Source: Cyanophora paradoxa CCMP329 (taxonomy: Eukaryota > Plantae > Glaucophyta). From it: a stretch of 64,000 nucleotides of DNA. Each line of letters starts with the position of its first letter. The first letter of the stretch is position 1. The DNA lies in assembly GCA_004431415.1 (NCBI GenBank), contig QPMI01000010.1, positions 124,001 through 188,000 of the forward strand, given 5' to 3'. A model generated the notes under the pieces. It did no database searches. It saw only the letters and a program-made list of their open reading frames with translations, and was not told the DNA's origin. Made by a program: the position numbers and the translations under genes. This document shows, piece after piece, positions 21,670-33,100 of the stretch.

Positions 21670-24600
21670 ATGGGAGCGCATCAGGACAAGCTGCTTGCCC
21701 GCGTTGAGGAACCGCCAGCAGCTGCGGGAGCGTTCGATGTGCTGCCGGATGCCCTTCTGGGCGATGTGTTCAAGGCGCTCGGCCCGCAGGCGAGTTGGCG
21801 CCTGCGAGGCGTGTGCAGGTTCGCGTCCTCTCCTGCATGCTGCGCTGCGCTTCGTAGCTAACGTCGAAGCGGAGGCGGTGGCGGCGGGTGGTGGAGGAGA
21901 CGGAGTGGGCGAGCTTCGAGCTGCGGATCAAGGCCGCGGACGTCGACGTGTCTCCGCCAGCTGCAGCGGCAGATGCGGCAAGCGGTGCGGGACCCGAGCA
22001 GAGCGACGAGAGCGCGTACGGCGCACTCTCGGCGCTGTTCGAAAGGCGGAGGCTGCGGCTCAGCGCGGGCGCGAGCGTCTCGCTTAGGCCGGAGCTCTCG
22101 CGGCTCGTACCGTTCGACCGCATCAGCGAGAGAAGTCGCGATGCGGCGGAGCAGATCCACCGGCGCAGAGTAGAGGCGGCGTGCAGCCTTCTCAGCGCCA
22201 TCGCGCGCAGCGCTAGCCACAGCGGCTCGGCTCAGCCGCGCGAGGTGTCCATCGAGTTTTTCAAGAGCACAGAATACCTTTTCTGCGACCACGACTCCGA
22301 CGTCGACGAAGCAGTCGAGGCTGCGCGGTGTCTCGTTCGACAAGTGGGCCGCGGCTTCGTGCGCGACTCCCTGCTTGAAGCGCTGCGGGCGCTGCGCATG
22401 CGGCCGCCGGACGGGGCGGCGAGCGCTCTGGAGAGCCTTAGCGTCGGCTTCGGCTGCAGCTCGGCGACCGGTCGCGAGGCCTCTGCCAATTTTATCCCGT
22501 GGCCGGCCGCCGCCGAGCTGCGCGCTGCCTTCGCCCCCTTCAGCCAGCTGCGCTCCCTCTCCCTGTTCTTCGGCGACCTCGACGACGGCGCTGTCCCGGA
22601 GGGCGCGGCGGCGGCCGCCGCCGCCTGCCCCCTCCTCCAGTCCATCCGGGTCTGCGCCAGGCGCGACTCCGAGTCGGGGGTCCTGGCGGCCCTCGCGCCC
22701 CTGGCGCACCTCGAGCGGATCGCCCTGGTGTCGACGTCGGCAGTGTATTCCGACCTCACCGGCGGCCTTGTGGCGCTGGCCGACGGAGCCGCCGGAAAGT
22801 GCCTCCGCTCCATCGCGTTCGTGACCAAGACGGGGCTCGACAAGTGCGCGCGCCTCCTCCTCATCCTCGGCCTCGATCCGATCCGGATAGCCGCTGCTGG
22901 CTCCCCCATCGATCTTAAGTCTTCTTCGATCCGGCTGGCTCCTCATCGATCCGGATCGCCGCCCCAGCCAGGCTGCCCTGCCCTGCCCCTCCATCGATCT
23001 TAGGTCTTCTTCCTTCCTTCCTTAAGTCTTCTTCGCGCGCCTGCTCCTCGCCTCGGCCTCGATCCGACCCGGATAGCCGCTGCTGGCTCCCCCATCGATC
23101 TTATGTCCTCTTCCTCTCTTCGCTCGCAGGGAGCGCGCCCTCGCGGGCCGGTCGTCGAGGTTCTTCCCCGGGTTCCTGAAGCCCTTCTCCGACGGCGCCC
23201 TCGTCGCCCTCGGCCGCATGCCGCGCCTCGAGTCCATCCGCCCCCTGGAGGTCTCCGCCCGGTCTAAGCCTCGGGGCCTTCTGTGTGCCCGATATTAGAG
23301 CCCTTATGTCATGAAAGCCTCGCCTCTTTGGAATTAGAGTCCATCGTTAACAGTAGCCTTAGTAGTAGACGAAATTATTTAAGCCCTAGATCCTTAACGC
23401 TCCATACGCCCTCTCGAGGTCTTATGTCATTGAAGCTCGACGCGAAAAAGCTCGCCCCCTCGAGCCTTATATATGTGTTAATAAAAGCCCTTATGTCATG
23501 AAATTCTCGCCTCTATAAATTAGAGTCCATCGTTATCAAGCTTAAGCCCCGCCCGGCCCGCGGCCGGCGCCGGCCCTCGCGCGCAGCTCGACGCGGACAA
23601 GCTCGCGCCCTCGGCCGTCCTGGCCCTCGGGCGCGCCGCGGGCCTGCGCGAGGCGCTGCTCCGAATCGAGGCGAGCGGCGGCGACGCCTCCAGGAACTCG
23701 GCCTTCGCGCGCGCCCTCGCTGAAGCGATCTCGAGCCTGCCCCGGCTTGAGAGGCTCGGCATCGACTTCTACGGTGAGAGATCGCGAGCGCTCTAGATCT
23801 AGACAGGCCCTAGACGGATCAGACAGATCCTGGAGAGATCGAGCGCCGGGGAGCGTCCCCTGCGGGCCCCGAGCGCTAGCCTTCTCACCGCATCGGTGCT
23901 CTAGGATCTCTCTAGGCCCGCCGATGCAGGCAGATCCTAGACGGATCGAGCGCCCTCGGCCGCCCCTGCGGGCCCCGAGCCGAGCCGCTCACCGCCGCTC
24001 GCTCGAGCTCGCGCAGACATGCTCGCCGCCTGGAGCTCTGCGGACGTCTCCTCGCTCCTCGGGAGCCCCGGCGCGCGGCGGGCCCTGACCGACCTCTTCG
24101 TCGGAGTCACGGACGAGCACGGCCCGCTCCGGCTGGAGGCGGCCGCGGCGGGGGCGATCGCCGCCCTCCCCTCGCTCCGGCGCCTCCGCTTCCTCTGCGA
24201 CATCCGGTCCCTCGAGCCCGCCGCCAGGCGGTCCTTCGAGGTGCCCGAGACTCCGGCGCACTTGGGCGCACTTGAATTCAAGCTTAAGCTTATATAATTA
24301 AGCCTAGGTTGCCGCCCGACCTGCCTGACCCTAGGCCACCCCCCTAGCTTAAGCTGGGCGCACTTGAGTTCAAGCTTAAGCTTATATGATGAAGCCTAGC
24401 TATAGGTTGCCGCCCTACCTGCCTGACCCTAGGCCTCCCATCGATATGAAGCCTTACTTAGCGCGCCCCGGCCCGGCCCAGGCCCTGGCCCTCTGCGCGG
24501 GCACACTTCAAGCTTATATAGCCAAGCTCCGGCCCTCTCTGCCCTCTGAGCCTTGACGTTCCTTCGCGCCCCTGCGCAGGCCCTCTGCGCGGGCCTGCGC

Positions 24601-24717
24601 CCCGAGGTCGCCGTGGAGGTGGAGGTGAGCCACTACTGCGACGAGGAGGCGGGGGCGGCCTTCGAGGCCGTCTTCGCGGGGCGCACGCGGCCCTCCCCGG
24701 GGGCGCCGAGGGCGTGA
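21670..24717 (+). CDS. F-box / leucine-rich-repeat protein
   Basis: F-box FDVLPDALLGDVFKALGPQASWRLRGVCRRWRRVVEE, followed by RNI-like LRRs (FSQLRSLSL, CPLLQSIRV, LAHLERIAL, MPRLESI, LPSLRRLRF). Stop TGA at 24715-24717. Confidence 0.8.
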
Positions 24718-25059
24718 CGAGGGCGGGCGCGGGCACGTGTACCCCCTCCTCTTCGGCGCCAGTCTCCGCGAGCCCCTCCCGAGCTTCCGACCCCGCCGGC
24801 GCCCTGGTACTCCTACCATCCTGCATCTCAACCCCCTGCCCGTCTCATTGCTACCCCGGGCCCGGCCTTAGGCCTCCCGCCCCACGCCTTCCCCCCGGAG
24901 TCCTCTCCCCCGGCCCGTGTACCCCTCCCGCCCGTGCATCTCGGGTCCCATGTGTAATTTTATGGTACACTGTAGTGGTACATGCTGTACAAGGTCGGCG
25001 GCGCCGGGGCGCCGCCCGGCCGGCGGGCGGGCGAGCGGGGCGCCCCGGGCCGAGGCCTA

Positions 25060-26539
25060 CTAGAGGGCGGGGAGGGCGGCCTGGAGGGCGGCGTGGAGTG
25101 CGCGGTACCCCGGGCGCGCGTCCGGGTTCGAATCCCAGCAGCGGACGAGGAGGGCCCGCAGCGGCTCGGGCCAGGACGGGTCCACGGGCGGGGGTACGCG
25201 GCCCTTCTTGTGGCAGTCCTCGAGCTTCTCGTTGGGCGACAGCAGCTCCTGCATGCGATCAAATTCAGACGCCGGATCAAATTCGAATTCGAATTCGAAT
25301 TCGGAGTTGGCGTACCCAGATGACGAGGGCGAGGCTCCAGGCGTCGTACGCCTCCGTCTGGTCAAGGTAGTCGTCCGAGGCTGCCTCCTGCCCCGGGTAC
25401 GGCTGCTCGGCCGCATGGCGCGGCCGCGGGTGGGGGGGGTACTGCGTCCAAGGCGCACCGGGGGGGCGTACAGCTCCGAGTGGCCGCCGCTGAAGTCGCA
25501 GAGCTTCCAGAGCGGCCGGCCGTTCGCGGACTCGAACACGAGGATGTTCTCGGGCCGGATGTCCCCTGCGCCCGGATCAAATTAGATCGGCCCGGATCCA
25601 ATCTCGAATTTCGGATCAGATCAAATCCGGCTGACCGTGGACGATGCCGCGGGCCGCCAGATAGACCAGCGCCTCGGCAACGCACAGCATGCCGAGCACG
25701 ATCTCGCGCGGGCCGCCCAGCGGCCGCGCCGGGGTACGCAGCGTCCCCTCCGCAAGCTCCGTCACGATCAGCATAATCGACGGCGACGGGGAGCTTCCGT
25801 AGAACTGCATACCCCGCGGATCAAATTTCGATTCGGACCGAGTGCGGATCGATATTAAATCAAACTCGCCTTGACGATGTTCGGGTGATCGAGCGTGCGG
25901 AGGACCGCAATCTCGGCGTGAACAGCCGTTGGGCCTCGCGAAAGAGCGCCCTGCATGATCAGCTGCGCGTACGCTCGGGCTCAGCCGCAAAAGGGCGATC
26001 GGAGGGGGCGCGGGGGTCCAGGGGGGGGGCCGGACCCGCTTGATCGCCACGGGGTGGCCTCTCCAGCTGGCGGGAAACACCTTGCACCCGTACCCCTTCC
26101 CGATCTGCGCGACTGTCAGCGCGCGCGCCACGCTGCGTGCCCGCGCGAGGCCTCTCGGAGGCAAACCAGGTGCTCGTAGTCGATCTGCACGCGAGCGCGC
26201 GTTAGCACCATTACAAGAGGTACGATCGCATTGAAACTTGCGCGCGCACCTCGAGCTCTTCCTCGGGTATGATTCCGTCGGCGGGCAGCTCCGGCCGCGG
26301 CGCCGGCGCCACCTTCCGCTCGACGTCCGCGCCACTAGACTCCCGTGCAGGACTCGCGTCGGACGCCTGCCCGCCAGGATCCCGGTCACCGCACAGGGCC
26401 AGGTAAACAGCACGTATGCAATTCTGCCGGGGCGCCGGTGATTGAGCAAAGCGGCACGCACATCGCGCACGTCGCCCACCGGCTCAGGGTGCGTCGCCGC
26501 GTCGCTCTCGACCTGATCGGAGAGAAGGTCATCATTCAT
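25060..26539 (-). CDS. Protein kinase, TKL-like, non-RD
   Basis: IGKGYGCKVF (Gly loop), VAIK, AEIAVLRTLDHPNIVKFYG, IVHGDIRPENIL, KLCDFS, YAPP, DAWSLALVIWEL and CWDSNPDARP, across several introns. Confidence 0.85.
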
Positions 26540-27060
26540 GACCGCTTCGCGATGCGATGCGCGGCCGCGCCCCTAGCTCGAATTCCGCCGAGCGCAAGGC
26601 GTGCCGGCCGCGGGCCGCTGCGCATGCGGGCGCCGAAGCGCGCAGCAGCACGCACGCAGCTGCGCGCACCTTCGAGCATGCGGACAGTTCCCGTTGCTTC
26701 TGTACTTGAACCGGCCGGGCAGTAACCTGGCGGAGCATCGGAGCCGCTGGGCTGGTCCCCGCGATTACGCCTCGAGCTGCTGCGTGCGGCCGGTCGAAGG
26801 GCGAGACGGCGGCAGAAAGTCAAAAGAAGAGAGAGAAGTGCTAATGAGCGGCGGGACTTCGGCGCAGCATGCACGGGACCGCAGCAAGTATGAGCTGGAG
26901 CAGTATTGCGGCTGGTTATAGAGCGAACCGCTGCGAACGAAGGGATCGATACCCGTCGGAGACCCATGAACACAGACCAGACGTCCGTACCCTGGGAGCC
27001 GTGGCATAACACTGGCATTGGCAGCAACCTCAACGCCTATAGCTAGCGACAGCGCACTCG

Positions 27061-28198
27061 ATGCCCCGCCCGGTTGACGAGCGATCACTCGTCGCGGCCG
27101 AGAGGAAGCGGCGGCCGGAGCCCGACTCGCCGGCGTCCCCTCGCTGCCCCGCGAGCGTACGCGAGGAAGCGGTGGACGTTTCGAATGTGGAGTCAGAGTG
27201 CAGATCGAGCGCATCCACAGCGCACGCGCTCGGGGCGCGTCTCCGGCTCTTCTCCCGCTCGACATCGACGTCCCGATCCACCAGCGGCGAAAGGCTGGCC
27301 TGCCAGAGCTGTTCAATCGTAGATGTCGCTTCGCCTTCGGGCTCTGTCGCCAGAGTGCTTCCGCGCCGGCGCCGCACCTCTGCATTCCACCTTGAGCTTA
27401 AGTACCGCGCAGGTCGAGAGTAGCCTCGCGTACGAGCAAAATTCGGATGGAGAGTTCGTGATGTGAGTGCTTGCCACGGGATAATGCCTTCGGCTCTCCA
27501 TGTCCGGCGCTAGCAGCTCCCGCCTAATCAAATCCGTGCAGTCGCCTCGCGCTGAACTTCGATGTTCCGCGCAGAGATTTGGATATCGCGTTTCATCGGA
27601 CGGACGGGGAGGAGGAGAGCGTCGCGTACACTCGCCAGCACCGGCTCGCGCCCCTCGTCGTCGACCGGGAAGCAACGCTGGCGCTGGCCTCCTTGCTCGG
27701 CGTGCCGCCGAGGGAAAGCGCAGCTGCGGAACTCTTCCGCGGTCTGCTTGCGACGCTCGCGGAGCGGAGTGGCATCGACGCCGCGCCTTTCCTTCGGTTC
27801 TTCGAAGTGAGCGCTCGACCCGCCGGGGCTCTCCGCGGCCGCAGAGGGGAGCAGGCCACAGCAGCTGAGATCTGCATGCGCTCCCGCAGAAGCACGCGGC
27901 ACACCTGATGGCCGGCGCGGATGAAGAGGAGGAGGAAGCGGAGGAGGGCAAGCGAAGCGAGGGAGGTGGCGAGCGGGAGCCGCAGGCGGCCCCGCAGCCT
28001 GCCTCCGCCAGCGCCCAGCTGCAGCCCGCGGACGTGGGCGTGGCAGCGCTGCCGCAGCCGCCAGCCGCATCGTGCCCGTCGACGACGACGACGTACCCGC
28101 CGCGCTGCCCTGGGGGAGGGGATGGCTCGCCCTGCAGCCCCGGAGGAACGCGTACGCCCCCGCGCAAGCTACCCCGCTTCGCTGTGGCCGCTGGCTAG
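27061..28198 (+). CDS. Hypothetical protein (probably 4 exons, acidic and Pro-rich C-terminus)
   Basis: A frame-consistent GT-AG splice path joins ORFs 27061, 27579 and 27908 (...EQNSDGEFVIDLDIAFHRTDG...FLRFFEKHAAHLMAGADEEEEE). No family recognised. Confidence 0.5.
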
Positions 28199-28703
28199 CT
28201 AGCGGAAGGCCATCGACGTCCGTTCCGCTAGGCCTAGGCTGATTAGCATTGAACAGTGGTTAGATTACGTTCTTGTAGGGATTTTGAGCGGTATGGGACA
28301 TCTATTAAATTCTTCGATCGTAGCTATAGCTCAGGGCCTCGAGGTCGGGCTTCCGCACCGTACCCCAGGCCTAGGGAGCCGGGGCAGCCTTGGCGCCCAC
28401 GGCCAGCGGCAGGGGCTCGAGCGCACTGCGGCACTCGAAGCCCCGCCCGGCCGCGGTACTAGACGACGAGCGGGCCCCCAGAAACTCGGAAGCCTTCGAA
28501 GGCGGCACCTCGGCGGATCGTCGAAACAAAAAAGTAATGGAAAATAAGACACATGTACACGACTCGGCGAGCCGAGCATAAATTACACCAGCACGGGCAG
28601 ACTCCTCTTGAAACTAATCCCTGCACTACACTCAGTGAATTATCCTGCTGATCCGAAGGTTCTAAGAAAGCAAGGCGATCGTGGAAAAGATGCAAAGCAA
28701 TGG

Positions 28704-29798
28704 CTACGCCCAGTCCTTGAAGACGAGGCCCTTGCCCGTTGTCGCGGGCGCAATCTCCTGCGGGAGGTCGTGCAGGTTGACCCTGGCGGGTACAACGTCA
28801 GCAGTCGGCTGCGGGTGTGGGGGGGGGGCAGAAGGGGTCGGCGGGGTACAGCGCACTCGGGGTGGAGCATGCGGGCCCGGGTACGCCGCTTCCGCTCGAG
28901 AACGACGCCGACGAGCACCGCGGCGATCACGAGCGTCACGAGCATCGTCGCTGCGCGCGCGGGCGTACCCCCGTGAGGAGCGGTCGCGGGGGCGGCCCGG
29001 CGGGGGCGGGCGCCCGCACCGACAATGACGACAACGGGACTCGAGCCGGAGCCGCCGCTGCTGGCCGCGCTCTTCTCCTCGGCGGACTTGGCGGGATTGT
29101 CGAGCACGATGGAGAAGTATACTATGCGCACTTCCCCTGCGCTCGCGCTCAGCGGCGCGCGGCAGGGGCGCGGCGCGGCGTGGCGCGGGCTCACCGATCC
29201 CTGGGATGCTTAGGTGGGAAAGCTGGCCTGCTAGGGCGTCAGAGCGAAGCCGATCGGCGGCGGCGCATGCGGGCGCGCCTGACTGCTTCTGCTTCTCGAG
29301 GTTGCGTGCCGCGTCCAGCGAGGGAAGGGCGGCCGCGTCGCTGTCAGGCTTCGGCGTGATGCGGAAGTTCACGACGACGCTGTCCAGCGCCGGGACGATC
29401 TGCAACACGAGGCAGCGGTCCGCAGCGACGTTCATCAAGGTCGCCAGCGCCCTGCAGCCGCGCGGGTCGAAGGGGGGTCGGGGCCGGGGGTCGGGAAGGT
29501 CGGGCGCTCACCCTGCCATCGTCCGCTGCAAATCGCGGGAAGCGGTGAGCTTGGCAGCCGTAAACTCTCCTTGCTCCTGAAAGGTGAAGGCAACCGTCGT
29601 GCCCTGAGTTGCGAGGGCCGTCAGCTTGATTGCAGAGCTTCCGAACGAACGCGCGGGCCGGACTCGGCGCACGGGGATGGAAATGTCCGAGGACTGTGCC
29701 CAAGCCAGCGCCAGGCAGCTCAACAGCACCAGCGCGTGCAGCGCCGGGGCGCGGCTGGGAGGCCGCAGGCCCCGCCGGGGAGCTCCTCTCCCCGTCAT
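28704..29798 (-). CDS. Type I membrane protein with signal peptide and SEA-like ectodomain
   Basis: Signal ALVLLSCLALAWAQ; ectodomain ALATLMNVAADRCLVLQIVPALDSVVVNFRITP; TM VVVIVGATMLVTLVIAAVLVGVVL followed by ERKRR. Confidence 0.65.
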
Positions 29799-29931
29799 CT
29801 CCGAGTTCTTGGCATACGAAATGGTCAAGCGTAAAAACCGCCTGTAGCCAAGCAGCCTGGTTTTCTGCCGAGACCTCTAGGCAGGGTACACGGGTGCCCG
29901 GTTTGCGGGTGAAGCCGTCTGAAGAGCAGCC

Positions 29932-30093
29932 CTGGGTTCGTGTTGTGTGAAGGAAGAGTCGGCGTACTCAACAAGTGCGCCGGCTGCTTCACCTTCTCCG
30001 CCGCCTCCAGCCCCGCAAGTACAAAAACCAGCAAGCCAACCAGCGCCGCCAAGCGCCCCGCCACCCGCGCCCGTAGAGAAGCCGAACGCTCCA
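29932..30093 (+). CDS. UBA1: Putative alternative, CUG-initiated first coding exon of UBA1: (M)GSCCVKEES...PVEKPNAP
   Basis: gcagccCTGG Kozak-like context with an in-frame TGA four codons upstream. Open Pro-rich frame ending in a perfect phase-0 GTAAGT donor at 30094, compatible with the phase-0 acceptor at 30367. Confidence 0.5.
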
Positions 30094-30130
30094 GTAAGTG
30101 ACATCCTCCCTCCTCAGGTTAGGACGGGGC

Positions 30131-33100
30131 ATGCCTGAGGAGGAAGCCAAAGAGAGACAGCCCAAAAAGCAAAGAGTAGAAGTGCGTGCAGGACCCTCAT
30201 TACCGCCTTTTAAATGACTCGGAAACGCTAGCGTGCGCCCGCGAGGCGAGCGCTTCACGCGGGGCCTTAGCTAGAATGTTCATTCCCCGGTCATCCGAAC
30301 ACGACCACGCGAACGTCGCATCTCAAGCGCTCTCTCGCCGAACTGACAAGAGCCACTCTACGCGCAGGAACCGATGGCCGCCCCCAATGCTCCGGCTGCG
30401 CCGGCCGGCGAAATCGATGAGAACCTGTACAGCCGCCAGCTGTACGTCTTCGGCACGGACGCGATGAAGCGCATGCAGCGGAACAACATCCTCATGATCG
30501 GTCTTGGCGGCCTCGGCGTTGAGATTGGTGCGCCACGCGGTCGCCTTCGCCTCCGACCATTGGCGCCCATCGGGGCCCGCCGGGGCTTCCTAGAGCGGCG
30601 CACGCCTCATCTAGGGCCCGTTCGACCTCGCTAACGCGGCCGCGCGCCCCTGCACGCAGCCAAGAACCTTATTCTCATGGGCGTAAAGTCCGTGACCGTC
30701 CACGACGACGAACCGGTCACCATCAAGGACCTCGGCTCGCAGGCACTCCACCCCGCGCTTCGCCTGCCAGCCGGCGGCGCTGACGCCGCCCGCAGTTCTA
30801 CCTCACTGAGGCCGACGTCGGCAAGAAGCGGGCCGAGGCCTGCGTCCGCAAGCTCATGGAGCTCAACCGCTACGTCCCCGTCTCGCTGCACACCGGCCAG
30901 ATCAACGACGCTGCACTCGCGAACTTCCAGGCTCGCCCGGCTGCACGCATGCCTCCGGCCGCCCCGCGCGCTGAGACGCCCGCCCTCCCCCCCCGCAGGT
31001 GGTCTGCATGACGCAGGGCACGCTGGCGGAGATGCTGCAGATGAACGAGCTGTGCCACGCGCGCGGCATCTCGTTCGTCGCTGCGGAGCTGCGCGGCGTC
31101 TTCGGGTACATTTTCGACGACTTCGGCAAGGCGCGTCTCCTACCGTTCTTTCCTTTTCTGTCTGACACTCTCTCGCAGGAGTTCACCGTGACTGACGCCG
31201 ACGGCGAGGAGCCCATCATGTGCATGGTCGCCTCCGTCACGCAGGCGCGTACCCCCTGCATCGGGCTTCTTCCCGCGTACCCCTGAGTCGTTTCGCACCT
31301 CGCAGGAGAAGGAGGGCGTCGTCACGACCCTCGACGAGTCCCGCCACGGCTTCCAGGTGCCGCTTCCCCTCCCTCTCCTCTTCCTCCCCGATCTCAACGC
31401 ATGTACCCCTGCAGGACGGGGACTTCGTCACGTTCACCGAGGTCCAGGGTATGGAGGAGCTCAACAACTGCCCCCCGCGCAAGATCAAGGTCCTGGGTAC
31501 GCCGTCTCGGCCGCGCCTCCCCTCCGCATCTTCGTTCTCGTGTCGAGCTGCCGGCTCGCAGGCCCCTACACTTTCTCCATCGGCGACACTTCGGGCTTCA
31601 AGCGCTACGTCCGCGGCGGCAACGCCGTGCAGGCTCGCGGGCCCCATCCACTACCCCCCTCCCGCGCTTTCTGATCCTGTACCCTCCGCCCCGAGCAGGT
31701 GAAGATGCCAGTGAAGCACAGCTTCCTGTCCATGCGGGAGGCGCTCGCCAAGCCCGAATTCCTGCAGTACGACTTCGCCAACTTCGACCGCCCCAACCAG
31801 GTCCTTTCACAGAACTTTTCCCTCGTCTTTTTTCCTTTTTCTTACCTTTTTTCTTCCTCCCAGATGCACATCGCGTTCCAGGCGCTGGACTCGTTCCGCG
31901 CCAAGCACGGGGCCCTCCCCGCGCCCTACAGCAAGGAGCACGCTGCCGAGCTCGTCGCCCTCGCGAAGGAGATCAACGCCAAGGCAGGCGACGCGAAGGT
32001 ACTCCAGGCCAAGGCCCCTTGATCCATCCATCCCTCCGCCTCTTCTCCTTCGCTCCTTCCCCCCCCCCTCCTTTCTCACTGTACCCAGCTCGAGGCGGTG
32101 GACGAGAAGATCGTCGGCAAGCTCGCGAACGTCGCGGCCGGCGACCTTAGCCCCATGGCGCGCCTCCCATACCCCCGGGGCTCGCCCTCGGCTCGCGTCT
32201 CATACCCCCCCGCAGGCCGCCGTGCTGGGGGGTATCGCCGCGCAGGAGGTCCTCAAGGCCTGCTCCGGCAAGTTCACCCCGATCAAGCAGGCGCGCCCCT
32301 GTACCCCCCTCCGCACTTCCCCCCCTAGCACCTAACTCCGTACCCCCCAGTGGCTCTACTTCGATGCCGCGGACGCGCTCCCCGACGAGGAAATCTCCGC
32401 GGCCGACGCCGCCCCGGTGCGTCCCGTCAGGGGTACAGGGCTGCAGTTCGCGGGGGTAGGGGCCCCCGGGTCGCCGCGCGAGTGACGATACCCATCCTTG
32501 CGCTCAAGAGCGCCGCTCCGGCGGCCTGAAGAGAAAACCTCGAAAAGACCACAAACAGGGCCGGTCTTGACCGACGCGCTTGCATCCCCCCCCCCTACCC
32601 CCCCCCCACCCCCCCACCCCCCACCGCACCCCCACCCCCTCTCTCTCCCCGCCCCACCCCCCGCCGCCGCCGCGCGAGTGACGATACCCATCCTTGCGCT
32701 CAAGAGCGCCGCTCCGGCGGCCTGAAGAGAAAACCTCGAAAAGACCACAAACAGGGCCGGTCTTGACAGACGCGCTTACATTTCCACCACCACCACTACC
32801 CCCCCCCCCCCTCTCCGCCCCCAAGCTACCAGTGCCCCCCGCCCCCGCTCGACTCTGATCCCGTACCCCCGCAGACGGGCTCGCGGCACGACGGACAGGT
32901 GGCCGTCTTCGGCAAGGCGATCCAGAAGCGCATCGAGGAGCTCAAGTACTTCATTGCGCGTACCCCCCGCCCTCTCTCCTCGCCCTCGCTCGCCGCTTAC
33001 GGCCCCCCCGCAGGTCGGCGCGGGGGCCATCGGGTGCGAGCTGCTCAAGAACTTCGCCATGATGGGCATCGGCTCCTCCGGTGCGCCCGGCGCCTCTATT

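Noticed and set aside
32493-32579. U4 snRNA gene (its 5' end also pairs with U6 GCGCAAGGAU)
   Set aside because: Similarity stops after ATCCTTGCGC. There is no stem-I complement or Sm site, and C/D boxes with a terminal stem fit a snoRNA better.
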